Origin: an uncultured Methanosarcinales archaeon | Lineage (GTDB): Archaea > Nanobdellota > Nanobdellia > Woesearchaeales > UBA583 | DNA length: 64,000 nt | Direction of reading: 5' to 3' | Assembly: GCA_964621065.1 (NCBI GenBank) | Contig: CAZULG010000001.1 | Span: 78,803-142,802, forward strand | In this document: positions 8,918 to 17,825 of the stretch, piece after piece | How the letters are laid out: every line of letters starts with the position of its first letter | How positions within the stretch are numbered: the first letter of the stretch is position 1 | Notes under the pieces: generated by a model | Told to the model about the DNA's origin: nothing | The model's input: the letters and a program-made list of their open reading frames with translations, nothing else | Database searches by the model: none | Program-made: the position numbers and the translations under genes

Positions 8918-9493
8918 TTATTCAAATTTCACCTCAAATTGTTGTTTCATAAATTCCATCACTTCCTCAGGAGTAATTTTATGCCTTTGTGGAACTCTTG
9001 ATTTTCCAATAAATCTACTCTTTACTCTAAATCCAGCTCTTTTAAACGTAGTCATTACTTCAAATCCAATAATTCCAATATCAGCGTCATATTTCATACC
9101 TGATAAATCTAAATACTCGTGAACACCTATTGAAAAGTTTCCGTATGTGTCTAGAGCTTTTTTGGACATAACATTTCCTTTTGATTTTAATACCCACTTT
9201 AAAAATGCATGAGCATCATTGTCTCTAAGTGTTACTTTATACCCAATTGGAAGACCTGGTCTAATTTGCCATGTATTTAACCTTTTCTTTGCGCTACACT
9301 TCACAGGAGTTTTCTCTGTGAGCTTTGTGAGTAGTTTTTCTGCTTTTATCATACCCAGTTTATCATTTCCAACACATACATTCACTGTAACTTTATCAAT
9401 TGATATTTTTTTCATCGGATTGATTGAAGTTTGTTTAGACTCTTTTGTATCAGTGTCTTTTTGTGTACTTGTTGTAGTATCTGCTTTTGCCAT
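8918..9493 (-). CDS. rpl5: 50S ribosomal protein uL5
   Basis: uL5 core (NPMKKISIDKVTVNVCVG, WQIRPGLPIGYKVTLR) with GGAGGG upstream. Confidence 0.95.
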   Translation of the reverse strand: MAKADTTTSTQKDTDTKESKQTSINPMKKISIDKVTVNVCVGNDKLGMIKAEKLLTKLTEKTPVKCSAKKRLNTWQIRPGLPIGYKVTLRDNDAHAFLKWVLKSKGNVMSKKALDTYGNFSIGVHEYLDLSGMKYDADIGIIGFEVMTTFKRAGFRVKSRFIGKSRVPQRHKITPEEVMEFMKQQFEVKFE

Positions 9494-9495
9494 TT

Positions 9496-10200
9496 TTAAT
9501 CAACCCTCCTTGATGAATCAATCACATAACAATATTCCTTTGCAGTAATATGTTCTACATCTCCAATTTGTAGTGTCACTAAATCAGGAGCAACTCCATT
9601 ATAGTGTGTGAATTCTTTAACAACTCCGTATTGTCCTCTGTATTTTCCATCCATTACATATACTTGCGATTTCACATCAAGTGGTAGAGTGGATTTGATT
9701 TTTTTAGACAAAATATCAACTACAATTGTTGCATTAGTTGTAATTTTTGCTGCTTCTTTTGAATTCACAATTACATTATACCCATTCATTGTATTTATCT
9801 GAGTACTTCCTCCTTTAACGAGTGTTTTCTTAGTAACTTTTGCGTATAATAAATTATCACTTACATCAATGAGTTTAATTCGTCCAAGTGTGTTAAACAC
9901 AAAAATGAATTTTTTATTCATCTTGGAAATTTCTACAACATCAAACATCCCAATTGGTGATTTTACTGTTTTTGCTGGAGTTCCATTAATTGTAATAAAT
10001 TTATTTTGAACAACATACTTTGCTTCTTTTGTTGTATACACAACTCCCATAACATCTCTTAATAATACAACAACTGGAACTACATACTTCATTTGCATAG
10101 ATCCTGGGTGTGGTTTTGTTACAAATGTGTGTGTTTTTCTATGAGTTGGCCATGAAGTTGGCATTGAGTGTCGTTTTAAATGTCTTCTATGTTGGGCCAT
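9496..10200 (-). CDS. rps4e: 30S ribosomal protein eS4
   Basis: The N-terminus MAQHRRHLKRHSMPTSWP is typical of S4e, and the KOW-like segment GKYRGQYGVV is present. Confidence 0.95.
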   Translation of the reverse strand: MAQHRRHLKRHSMPTSWPTHRKTHTFVTKPHPGSMQMKYVVPVVVLLRDVMGVVYTTKEAKYVVQNKFITINGTPAKTVKSPIGMFDVVEISKMNKKFIFVFNTLGRIKLIDVSDNLLYAKVTKKTLVKGGSTQINTMNGYNVIVNSKEAAKITTNATIVVDILSKKIKSTLPLDVKSQVYVMDGKYRGQYGVVKEFTHYNGVAPDLVTLQIGDVEHITAKEYCYVIDSSRRVD

Positions 10201-10201
10201 T

Positions 10202-10621
10202 TTATTGTTTTACCTCGTTTGCTTGCTTTATTTGTGCAACTCTCTCATCAAGTTTAGATTTTCTCAAATCATCACTTAAATCAAGTTTTGTAATTTCTAC
10301 ATTTGATGGGTCAATTGGATACATTACACTTGAACCATCTCTTTTTGTTTGTTGGACACCATCAATTTTAATTTTTAATTTTGCTAAATTGACTATTGCA
10401 ATTTTTCCGCTTTGTCCTTTAAATTGTCCTGCTTTTACAACAACTGTGTCTCCACTTCGAACACTCATGTTTCTCACACCATGTTGTTTTCTCAAATCAC
10501 TACTCAGAGGAGCTCTCATCATTTTATGACGAAGATGATTTGGAGCATTGTGTCTATATTTTCGTTGTTTTCGAGTCTGAGTTGAACTCTTCCAATGTTT
10601 TGAAAAATTATTTAGTGCCAT
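10202..10621 (-). CDS. rpl24: 50S ribosomal protein uL24
   Basis: KOW motif VRSGDTVVVKAGQFKGQSGKI and matching operon position. Confidence 0.9.
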   Translation of the reverse strand: MALNNFSKHWKSSTQTRKQRKYRHNAPNHLRHKMMRAPLSSDLRKQHGVRNMSVRSGDTVVVKAGQFKGQSGKIAIVNLAKLKIKIDGVQQTKRDGSSVMYPIDPSNVEITKLDLSDDLRKSKLDERVAQIKQANEVKQ

Positions 10622-10623
10622 TT

Positions 10624-11025
10624 TTATGCTATCACACTCGCAATTCTTGCTACTTGAGGAAATCGCTCTGCAACTTCTCTTCCAACAACTCCTTTAACAA
10701 CAGTTCCTTTTGGAGATCCTTTTTCATCTTTTAAAATAACAGCTGCATTACTCTCAAAACTCACAACCATCCCATCAAGTCGTCTGTATTGTTGTTTTTG
10801 ACGAACAATTACCGCTTTTACAACTGTGTGTTTCATATCAGGTCGTCCTTTTGTGACATGTGCTGTAATCATATCTCCTACTCCTGCTTCTTCGAGTTGA
10901 CGTTTTACTGTTTTGAATCCTTTTACACTAATGATTCTAATTTCTCGTGCTCCTGAGTTATCAATGACATTAATTCGTGCTCCTTTTGGAACTCCTCTTG
11001 ATTTATTTCTACGAATTGATTTCAT
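10624..11025 (-). CDS. rpl14: 50S ribosomal protein uL14
   Basis: INVIDNSGAREIRIISVKG and a conserved C-terminus. Confidence 0.95.
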   Translation of the reverse strand: MKSIRRNKSRGVPKGARINVIDNSGAREIRIISVKGFKTVKRQLEEAGVGDMITAHVTKGRPDMKHTVVKAVIVRQKQQYRRLDGMVVSFESNAAVILKDEKGSPKGTVVKGVVGREVAERFPQVARIASVIA

Positions 11026-11026
11026 T

Positions 11027-11374
11027 TTACTCTTCAGCCTCCTCTTTTGTTAATATTTTAAGTACAACAAAATGTTTTGTCTTTGAAAGAGGTCTTGTCT
11101 CTCCAATGAGTACCATGTCGTCTTTTTTTGCGTTAATCTCTTCTGGATTGTGCGCTGCAACTTTAGTTCGAGTTTTTAAGTATCGTCTATACTTTTGTGA
11201 CATTACTGTATTGTTCCACTCAACTTTGACTGTTTTATTCATTGCATCTGATACTATTTTTCCAACAAATGTTTTTCCTCTAATTGAGACATTTCCTGAG
11301 AAAGGTGATTTTTTATCAGTGTTTGAGACAGACTTTGGAAACTCTGTAATATTGTATCCGATTGATTGTTTCAT
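11027..11374 (-). CDS. rps17: 30S ribosomal protein uS17
   Basis: OB-fold S17 pattern (GKTFVGKIVSDAMNKTVKVEW, VLIGETRPLSKTKHFVV). It is the first gene of the cluster here. Confidence 0.9.
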   Translation of the reverse strand: MKQSIGYNITEFPKSVSNTDKKSPFSGNVSIRGKTFVGKIVSDAMNKTVKVEWNNTVMSQKYRRYLKTRTKVAAHNPEEINAKKDDMVLIGETRPLSKTKHFVVLKILTKEEAEE

Positions 11375-11581
11375 TTTTTATTCTACAAAACTACTGCCTG
11401 GAATCGATTCCAAACAACTCTTCATTTCTGTAATGAGTGTAGTGTAGTTTAAAAAAACAAATATTGCTTTATAAAAGTAATGGAGAATAAGGCAAAATTT
11501 GCATTTATGAGAGCATTTTTGGAGTAGTTGACAATAATTAAATATTTAAAGAGAATAGTGTTAAATTAAATATTACAAATT

Positions 11582-11662
11582 GTGGGAGTAGCAAAGTGGT
11601 CAAATGCGACCGACTCAAGATCGGTTCCTTACGGTTCGAGGGTTCGAATCCCTTCTCCCACA
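11582..11662 (+). tRNA. tRNA-Leu (anticodon CAA), class II with long variable arm, no encoded CCA
   Basis: Hand-folded. The acceptor is GTGGGAG/CTCCCAC. The anticodon stem is ACCGA/TCGGT with loop CTCAAGA. The variable arm is TCCTTACGGTTC and the T arm is GAGGG-TTCGAAT-CCCTT, with discriminator A. Confidence 0.85.
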
Positions 11663-11670
11663 TTTTTTTT
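11663..11670 (+). terminator. oligo-T tract directly after tRNA-Leu
   Basis: Eight consecutive T immediately follow the discriminator base. Archaeal termination typically uses oligo-T. Confidence 0.4.
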
Positions 11671-11749
11671 CTAAACTAAATCTCCTTATAGTAGGGATGA
11701 GAACGAAGTTCCTTTGGTGCTAAGAATTTTCAAAGAAAATTGTTTCGCA

Positions 11750-11765
11750 CGAATCCCTTCTCCCA
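11750..11765 (+). repeat. direct repeat of the tRNA-Leu 3' end (CGAATCCCTTCTCCCA)
   Basis: This 16-nt stretch is identical to 11645-11660 inside tRNA-Leu. The following flank (TTTTTCTAAA) is also similar. Confidence 0.8.
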
Positions 11766-11786
11766 TATTAATTTTTCTAAAATTAT

Positions 11787-12317
11787 CTACATTAAAAATA
11801 TTGAATAACTCAATATCCACAGTAAACTACCAAAAATTATTCCTCCTACAATATCTCTGAAGAAATGTCTTTTCTTTAAAATCCTGGAATAACAAACCAA
11901 TATTGAGACAACAAGACCCATGACTATAATATCTATATCGTAATTAAAAAAATGAATGAAAAATAAACTCAAAAATACAATTCTTGCTGCGTGAAATGAT
12001 GGAAATGATGAAAAATTAAAATACTCCATTTCTTTATGATGATATTGAGGAGTGTTTACGAAGACGTAGAAGTGCAAAACATAGCGAATTGGAAGGCCAA
12101 TTACGTATATTAAAATTAAACCAAATAAGAGTGCGTGAGCTTCATTAAAAAATGTAAATTTATAGTAAAATATGATGATTAGTAAAAATATTGGATATGA
12201 ACCTAGTGATGAAAAGTGAGTTATACTGTAATATAGTATCTGTTTTAGAGTATCTTTTGACAAGAATTGATGTATTAACTTATTTATTGTTTCCATTTTC
12301 AAATTTAAAAATTTCAA
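11787..12317 (-). CDS. PAP2 superfamily (polyprenyl/lipid) phosphatase, membrane protein
   Basis: PAP2 motifs PSFH (PSGH-like) and SRILKKRHFFRD (SR-x5-H-x3-D) within a polytopic membrane protein. Confidence 0.7.
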   Translation of the reverse strand: MKFLNLKMETINKLIHQFLSKDTLKQILYYSITHFSSLGSYPIFLLIIIFYYKFTFFNEAHALLFGLILIYVIGLPIRYVLHFYVFVNTPQYHHKEMEYFNFSSFPSFHAARIVFLSLFFIHFFNYDIDIIVMGLVVSILVCYSRILKKRHFFRDIVGGIIFGSLLWILSYSIFLM

Positions 12318-12329
12318 ATTATTATAATA

Positions 12330-12812
12330 TTACTCTATAACTTTCAAATTATAAATTTTTAATAAAATAGGTTTAATAGCTAATTTGTCAATTTGATGGG
12401 CTTCTCTAAATTTGTTCTTAAATTTTAAAATTAATTTTTCAAAAAATGAAATTGATTGAAACGATAGCTCTCCTCCAAGCGGATAAAAATAGATATTATC
12501 TCTAATGTGTTTTGGAATACTTTTCTCATAAATCCAGTTCATTTTTTCATCTTGTGGATGAGTTAGTCCGTCACAAAATAAAATAACTCGCTTATACTGT
12601 AAAATCTCCCAATATTTCTCAATATGACTTGCAATCATAATAGTGTCATCAAATATCCAACTTCCAAAAACAATAATATCAAAGTCTTTTAAATCATCTC
12701 TTAATAGATAATCTACATCAATGAGAGTAGATTCAACTTCTTCATGGATCCATTGAGCATATTGTTTTGTTGTATTATGTTTTGATTTATATACAATTAA
12801 CACATTTCTCAT
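12330..12812 (-). CDS. flavodoxin-like domain protein
   Basis: N-terminus MRNVLIVYKSKHNTTKQYAQWI and DIIVFGSW match a flavodoxin-fold nucleotide-binding pattern. Confidence 0.55.
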   Translation of the reverse strand: MRNVLIVYKSKHNTTKQYAQWIHEEVESTLIDVDYLLRDDLKDFDIIVFGSWIFDDTIMIASHIEKYWEILQYKRVILFCDGLTHPQDEKMNWIYEKSIPKHIRDNIYFYPLGGELSFQSISFFEKLILKFKNKFREAHQIDKLAIKPILLKIYNLKVIE

Positions 12813-12898
12813 ATACTTAATATACCAATCATATTTATAAAAATGTCTATTTTCACAGTGTTTATGTGAGTACTTAAAAGAGGTGAATTTTAGAAAAC

Positions 12899-12907
12899 TT
12901 TATAAAT
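12899..12907 (+). promoter_or_regulatory. TATA box candidate (leaderless-type spacing)
   Basis: TTTATAAAT preceded by purine-rich GAAAAC. It ends 24 nt before the ATG at 12932. Confidence 0.5.
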
Positions 12908-12931
12908 TCAGAGATTTTGTATTAATTAAAT

Positions 12932-13495
12932 ATGGTACAACAATTTGCACAATCAATTGATCGAGAAGCTTCAAAAGCGTTTAAGAAAGTTAAACGAGAC
13001 ATTGAAGATTTGAAAAGGACAGTTGAGAAAAAACAAGATAAACAAGAAAATGTCTTAACTGAGATGAATAAAATGAAATCAGAGTTGAGAATTGAGTTTA
13101 GAAATGAATTACTTGAACTTCAAAAAACACTCAATAATGAGCTTCACTCACTTAGAAAAGAAGTATTATACTACAGAGAACTCTGTGAACATAGAAGATT
13201 TAAAGATGAACCAATTAGAGATTCAAAAAATAGCTCACATACGAATATAGAAAATAGTTATACTAAAACATCTGTATTTGAAGGAGGAGAAGAAATAGAT
13301 GAAGTTGCTCAACAACATTCAAATTCTGAGTTTTCCTATCAATCAGTTCAAGAAAATAGAACAAATAATAATTATAAGCCTACTCCTGACTCAATTGATT
13401 TTGAACAAATACAAGAAGAAAAGAAAACGTATTTGAAATGGATTACTGTGGGAGACGCTGATTTAGATTCAATTGATGAGGTGCATATAAAATGA
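12932..13495 (+). CDS. hypothetical coiled-coil protein
   Basis: ORF with a TATA box 24 nt upstream. It has heptad-like charged repeats. The N-terminal motif KAFKKVKRDIEDL is shared with the ORF at 25611. Confidence 0.6.
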   Translation: MVQQFAQSIDREASKAFKKVKRDIEDLKRTVEKKQDKQENVLTEMNKMKSELRIEFRNELLELQKTLNNELHSLRKEVLYYRELCEHRRFKDEPIRDSKNSSHTNIENSYTKTSVFEGGEEIDEVAQQHSNSEFSYQSVQENRTNNNYKPTPDSIDFEQIQEEKKTYLKWITVGDADLDSIDEVHIK

Positions 13496-13911
13496 GTGGA
13501 GTAAAAGCAGTATTCTTCTACATATTTTTACTTGTAGCAATTGTCAATACAGTATTAATGTATGCTCAAACTTCTGTATTTACAATATTTTCTTTCTCAG
13601 CAATATTACTCACACTAATTGTTTTAGTATTGAGTGGTCTTTTGACAACAATTGCACTCTCAAATAAACGAAGAGTTGTGAAAAAAACAAGTTATCGAAT
13701 TGAATTATTTGCCCTGTTAATATTATTTTTAGTAAGTGTAGGAATGAGAATATATGAGATGATTGTTGGAAGCATTGATATAATGCTACTGTGGAGAAGT
13801 GGAGCAACAGTACTGTATTTCATTCTCTTCTTGTTTGCAGTTGGTTTATCAAGAGATGTATTTAAAACACTCCTTGAAATATACAATAACAAAATCAAAA
13901 TTATTAAATAA
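13492..13911 (+). CDS. hypothetical 4-TM membrane protein
   Basis: The start overlaps the upstream stop (ATGA). Four hydrophobic helices are present. Confidence 0.55.
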   Translation: MSGVKAVFFYIFLLVAIVNTVLMYAQTSVFTIFSFSAILLTLIVLVLSGLLTTIALSNKRRVVKKTSYRIELFALLILFLVSVGMRIYEMIVGSIDIMLLWRSGATVLYFILFLFAVGLSRDVFKTLLEIYNNKIKIIK

Positions 13912-14034
13912 ATTACTTATTTTAGCAATTTTTATATATTAAAAATCAAAAATTGTCATACTTAGTACTATTTATAATAATTAATATAAAATATAACATA
14001 ATTGGCCAATTTTTAAAATTAATAATATTATTCA

Positions 14035-15246
14035 TTAAAAATCATCATCAAAATCAATCTCTTCAATTTCTAAATCATCATCAAATGCAGCTTCTTGAGA
14101 TTTTTTCTTCTCTTCTGACTCTTGTGAATTATTTGATTTAGCTGCTTCTTTTTTCTCAGACTTTTCTTCAGTCCCTTTTGAATCTTTAGAACTTTGAGAA
14201 GATGTTGTTGCAGTTGAACTCTCTTTTACAATATCATCTGCTATTTCACTCTCACTCTTTTTTTCAACAAATACAACATCATTAATGATAATTTGCATCT
14301 CTCCTGTCATTTGATTCTCACTCACATTTCCAATTACTTCAATTTGTGATCCAACAAGCTCTTTTGAAATTTCTCTATATGCTTCTAAATCTTCTGCTAA
14401 GCTCACAATCTCTTCACTTTTCTTTGAAAATAACTCTTCGGCTCTATCTCGAAATGCAACTACTCCAATTGTTCCGCTTGAATCATTTACTACAATATTT
14501 GTAATTGGAATTCTTATAGGTTCAACTTCACCATGCTCTGGAGAGATATATTTTCCTTCATCTACAAATACTTTTTTGAATGTGTGAGGACAACCTAAGT
14601 AAAAGCGAGGAATATCAACATCAACAATTGTCGCTTTAATTGATACATTTTTATCTTCCAATTCAATTTCTTCAATTTGTTTAGGAGTACTTTGTGGTCG
14701 AATTTGCTTCACTTCTATATCTCCAATGCCCTCTGGATTCAATGTAAATTCACTATAATCTCCAAAGTGCACTTCCATTCTCCCATTTGTAACATTTTCT
14801 CGAACATATACATTTTTTATATCTAAAATAGAATCTCGCTCTACTTCTTCAAGTAAATCTGCTTTACTTCCCCAAAATGCTACTCGCACAATTCCTGTTT
14901 CATCTCCAACAAGAAGCGATCTGATTTGACCTTTTCCACCTGATTTCATATCAAACTCAATTAAATCATATTTTTTAAGAACTTTTACAACCATATTTAA
15001 AGAAACTCTTGGTTCAGTAATTTGTTCAATTTTCATATACGAATTGCTATCTTGACCTGCTCCAATACTTGCTGGTTTTAAATCTAATTTTACTCCTAAC
15101 TCATTTGCAACAATATAAATCGCCCCTTCTTCAGACACCAATCCAGATAGTTCTTTAACTTTATTTTGCACAATCTCTTGTAATTCGGATTTTTGTTTTG
15201 AAGTTTGAGAAGAAAGTGTATCATATAATTGTTCCATTAATTCCAT
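14035..15246 (-). CDS. replication protein A-like ssDNA-binding protein (OB folds) with acidic C-terminal tip
   Basis: The N-terminal segment VKELSGLVSEEGAIYIVANELGVKL is typical of euryarchaeal RPA-like proteins. OB-fold segments follow (GQIRSLLVGDETGIVRVAFWG; GTIGVVAFRDRA). The C-terminal tail ends DDDLEIEEIDFDDDF. Confidence 0.7.
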   Translation of the reverse strand: MELMEQLYDTLSSQTSKQKSELQEIVQNKVKELSGLVSEEGAIYIVANELGVKLDLKPASIGAGQDSNSYMKIEQITEPRVSLNMVVKVLKKYDLIEFDMKSGGKGQIRSLLVGDETGIVRVAFWGSKADLLEEVERDSILDIKNVYVRENVTNGRMEVHFGDYSEFTLNPEGIGDIEVKQIRPQSTPKQIEEIELEDKNVSIKATIVDVDIPRFYLGCPHTFKKVFVDEGKYISPEHGEVEPIRIPITNIVVNDSSGTIGVVAFRDRAEELFSKKSEEIVSLAEDLEAYREISKELVGSQIEVIGNVSENQMTGEMQIIINDVVFVEKKSESEIADDIVKESSTATTSSQSSKDSKGTEEKSEKKEAAKSNNSQESEEKKKSQEAAFDDDLEIEEIDFDDDF

Positions 15247-15366
15247 AGTAAATAATTCACCTTATAATTTTATAAAACTTTGTATTTAAATGAGTTGACT
15301 TTATGAGCATGCATCTATTTTGAACAACATAAATTATTTAAAGATAATAGTTGTAATAATAATTAT

Positions 15367-16062
15367 ATGTTTAACAGGAGGAGGAATTCGAATCAACGAG
15401 GAATATTTAACTCATCTCAAGGAAGATTTTCACAATATCGAAGAGAGAGTACTTCTCAATTTTATACAATTCTTCTCTGCATCACTCTATCACTATTTTT
15501 TATCTTACAGTTCACAGGAGTAGTTGATGCAAATCAATATCTACTCAATACCCAAGAAGTTGTAAATTTTAATCTTTTAACAACATTTACTTCGCTTTTT
15601 TTTCATGTTGGAGCGTTGCATTTTATATCTAACATCATTGCTCTGTACATATTTTCACGAAAAGTTGAACAAGAAGTAGGTGTTGGAACTCTTTTTTTAT
15701 TTATTATAGGAGGAATTATTGCAAATGGTATTGTCTCAATTCATGCAGGAATTATAGGAGAGCATTATTTAAGTGTTGGAGCAAGCGCAGGAATTGCACC
15801 ATTGATTTTCTTTGTCATCATTGCAAAACCAATCTCTTTGCTCACTCCACTTGCATGGTTTATTATTCTCTTTGATATATTAAATTTATCAAATCAAAAT
15901 ACGACTACTAATCACGCTGTACACGTTACAGGATATCTAGCAGCGTTTATTCTAATGAGTATTTTAAATTTTAAAAATAAACGCTACATTTACTACTCAA
16001 TTGGATTCAATCTTGTTGGGTTAATTCTGCTCTATATTGGACTTACAATGTATTATTTTTAG
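15367..16062 (+). CDS. rhomboid family intramembrane serine protease
   Basis: LFFHVGALHFISNIIALYIF, the catalytic GASAGI motif and a downstream His (HAVHVTGY) within a 6-TM protein. Confidence 0.8.
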   Translation: MFNRRRNSNQRGIFNSSQGRFSQYRRESTSQFYTILLCITLSLFFILQFTGVVDANQYLLNTQEVVNFNLLTTFTSLFFHVGALHFISNIIALYIFSRKVEQEVGVGTLFLFIIGGIIANGIVSIHAGIIGEHYLSVGASAGIAPLIFFVIIAKPISLLTPLAWFIILFDILNLSNQNTTTNHAVHVTGYLAAFILMSILNFKNKRYIYYSIGFNLVGLILLYIGLTMYYF

Positions 16063-16141
16063 TGAAAAATAAAGATTTTCTATAAATACTAAACTTTAAG
16101 AAATAAATTGTAAATTTGAATATATAAAATATGAATATGAA

Positions 16142-16648
16142 TTATTCTTTCATATTCTCAATAATTGATTGATGTTCTGCAATATTTCTCTTAAGCATCT
16201 CAATTTTACGAGTCTTATTCTCCTCATTCATTAATGAACCACATACAGGACACGTGAAATTTTTCTCAAGAGCTTGCTCAAATGGAGCACGAGTACAATA
16301 ATTAGGGCATAAATAATATGTAGTTTCTTCTTCTTTTTGCAATCGCTCTTTGAATAAATCTAAACTTTTTTTCTTCTCATTAATATACACTCTCTCAAAG
16401 TTTTCGCTAATAACTCTCCAATAATACAAATACCATCCCTTTTCTTTGTCTTTTCGTCTATCATAATCAATTAAATTTTTTGCTTTTAACTCATATAATA
16501 TACTTCGAACTTGACTCACTGGGAATCCTAAGTGCTCATTTACTTCAAATTCACTCACTCCTGGGTGTGAGTGTAAAAATTCAATTACTTGTGAAGCTTC
16601 TTCTCCAACTAATTCTAATGTCATTTCTACTAATTCGTCTACGTTCAT
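16142..16648 (-). CDS. tfe: transcription factor E (TFE alpha)
   Basis: Winged helix (VSQVRSILYELKAKNLIDY) followed by a zinc ribbon (CPNYC ... CPVCG). Confidence 0.8.
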   Translation of the reverse strand: MNVDELVEMTLELVGEEASQVIEFLHSHPGVSEFEVNEHLGFPVSQVRSILYELKAKNLIDYDRRKDKEKGWYLYYWRVISENFERVYINEKKKSLDLFKERLQKEEETTYYLCPNYCTRAPFEQALEKNFTCPVCGSLMNEENKTRKIEMLKRNIAEHQSIIENMKE

Positions 16649-16743
16649 TTTTAGTGCGTTTTTATTGTATGGACTCTATATTTATAAACCTTTTTACTTT
16701 TTTTTTTGTTAATTGATAAATTTGAAGAGTTACTTAACTTTAA

Positions 16744-17724
16744 TTAATCTAATCCAATAATCATTATATCTAATATATGCTTACTAGTATTACTTCTTGA
16801 CACTGGATACATAATCCGAGTTGAATCAGAACTATTTATTAAACTTCTCCACTGAAGCAAGTCACCACTATACATGCCCGAAATATTAGTAGAGTTTATT
16901 GTTGGAGGGGAGGAAGTTCCCGCTAAAAATCCCTCTGAGACTACATCATTCGTGCCAATTGTTTGAGTAAACGAGTTTATATTAGTTGTATTGATATCAA
17001 CTTCATATAATTGAGAACCTAGAGAATTCATTTTTTTTGAAACTTTTCTATGATACGGTATTAGTTTTGTAAATATTCGAGTGTTTGATTGTATAAGACT
17101 TGAGTTTGTAGAATTATCTAAGAGTTGAATTGAGTAATTATATGTTCCTACCTTTGAAATATTTTGAAAAAAACTATTCATTATTGCATTTGAACACAAT
17201 TTTGAGATATTAAAAATTTCATTTATATATAATTCACAAATATATTGTGAAGATGAACCATTAATTGTAAAATTGAACTCGGTTAATGGGGCTGAGAGAA
17301 TTTTTTCATTATTTATAGGTTGAAGCAAAGTTATTTCAGGCAAATCTTCTTCAGTTATTGTAATTGAAAATTCAACAGACTCCTGTGAGCTCACTTGAGA
17401 ATAGTTTGAAGCAGATTGTAAAAATACAGAATATGTCTCATTCACTTCCCCGCTAGCAAACACCTCATATTCTACAATACACCAATCTAATTCACCAATT
17501 GTGCAATTTTGGGGATTAATATTTGATGTCCACAAAGGAGTGTTATTAATTTGAGTTGAGATTAGACTTTCCTCTGTTTCTTTCACATTTACTTGAGGAT
17601 CATCTGCAACATATTCTCGCGCAAAAATCTCTCCTTCAAAATTGGTTACATCAACTAATTCAAATCCTGAACCCCTATCAATACACATTTGTGCGAGTTG
17701 ACCTCCAGTTCTCTCATTCATCAC
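16744..17724 (-). CDS. C-terminal fragment of a giant surface protein (continues the ORF at 17826-20450)
   Basis: The frame is open upstream to 17853 and encodes the second half of a PA14-like domain (YWYGGHANQAQ...GEGYWIDYVMNERTGGQLA). It shares the TPLW..NPQ.C..WC module with the upstream ORF and is sequon-rich. Confidence 0.6.
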   Translation of the reverse strand: MMNERTGGQLAQMCIDRGSGFELVDVTNFEGEIFAREYVADDPQVNVKETEESLISTQINNTPLWTSNINPQNCTIGELDWCIVEYEVFASGEVNETYSVFLQSASNYSQVSSQESVEFSITITEEDLPEITLLQPINNEKILSAPLTEFNFTINGSSSQYICELYINEIFNISKLCSNAIMNSFFQNISKVGTYNYSIQLLDNSTNSSLIQSNTRIFTKLIPYHRKVSKKMNSLGSQLYEVDINTTNINSFTQTIGTNDVVSEGFLAGTSSPPTINSTNISGMYSGDLLQWRSLINSSDSTRIMYPVSRSNTSKHILDIMIIGLD

Positions 17725-17825
17725 GTAATCAATCCAATATCCTTCACCACTTGTTAAGCTCTCAGACCCATCTGTTCCACCTGTATTACATTGTGCTTGA
17801 TTAGCGTGTCCTCCATACCAATACG

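Noticed and set aside
11690-11765. The second copy of the tRNA-Leu 3' end could be a split-tRNA 3' half, as in Nanoarchaeum.
   Set aside because: The sequence preceding the repeat (GTTTCGCA) cannot form the T-stem because no GGG pairs with CCC. No complementary leader or matching 5' half was seen. A partial duplication scar is more parsimonious.
15320-15523. The alternative 67-aa ORF upstream of and overlapping the rhomboid gene.
   Set aside because: It overlaps the rhomboid N-terminus out of frame. The rhomboid ATG at 15367 has a TATA-like ATTATTTAAAGA box at the usual distance.
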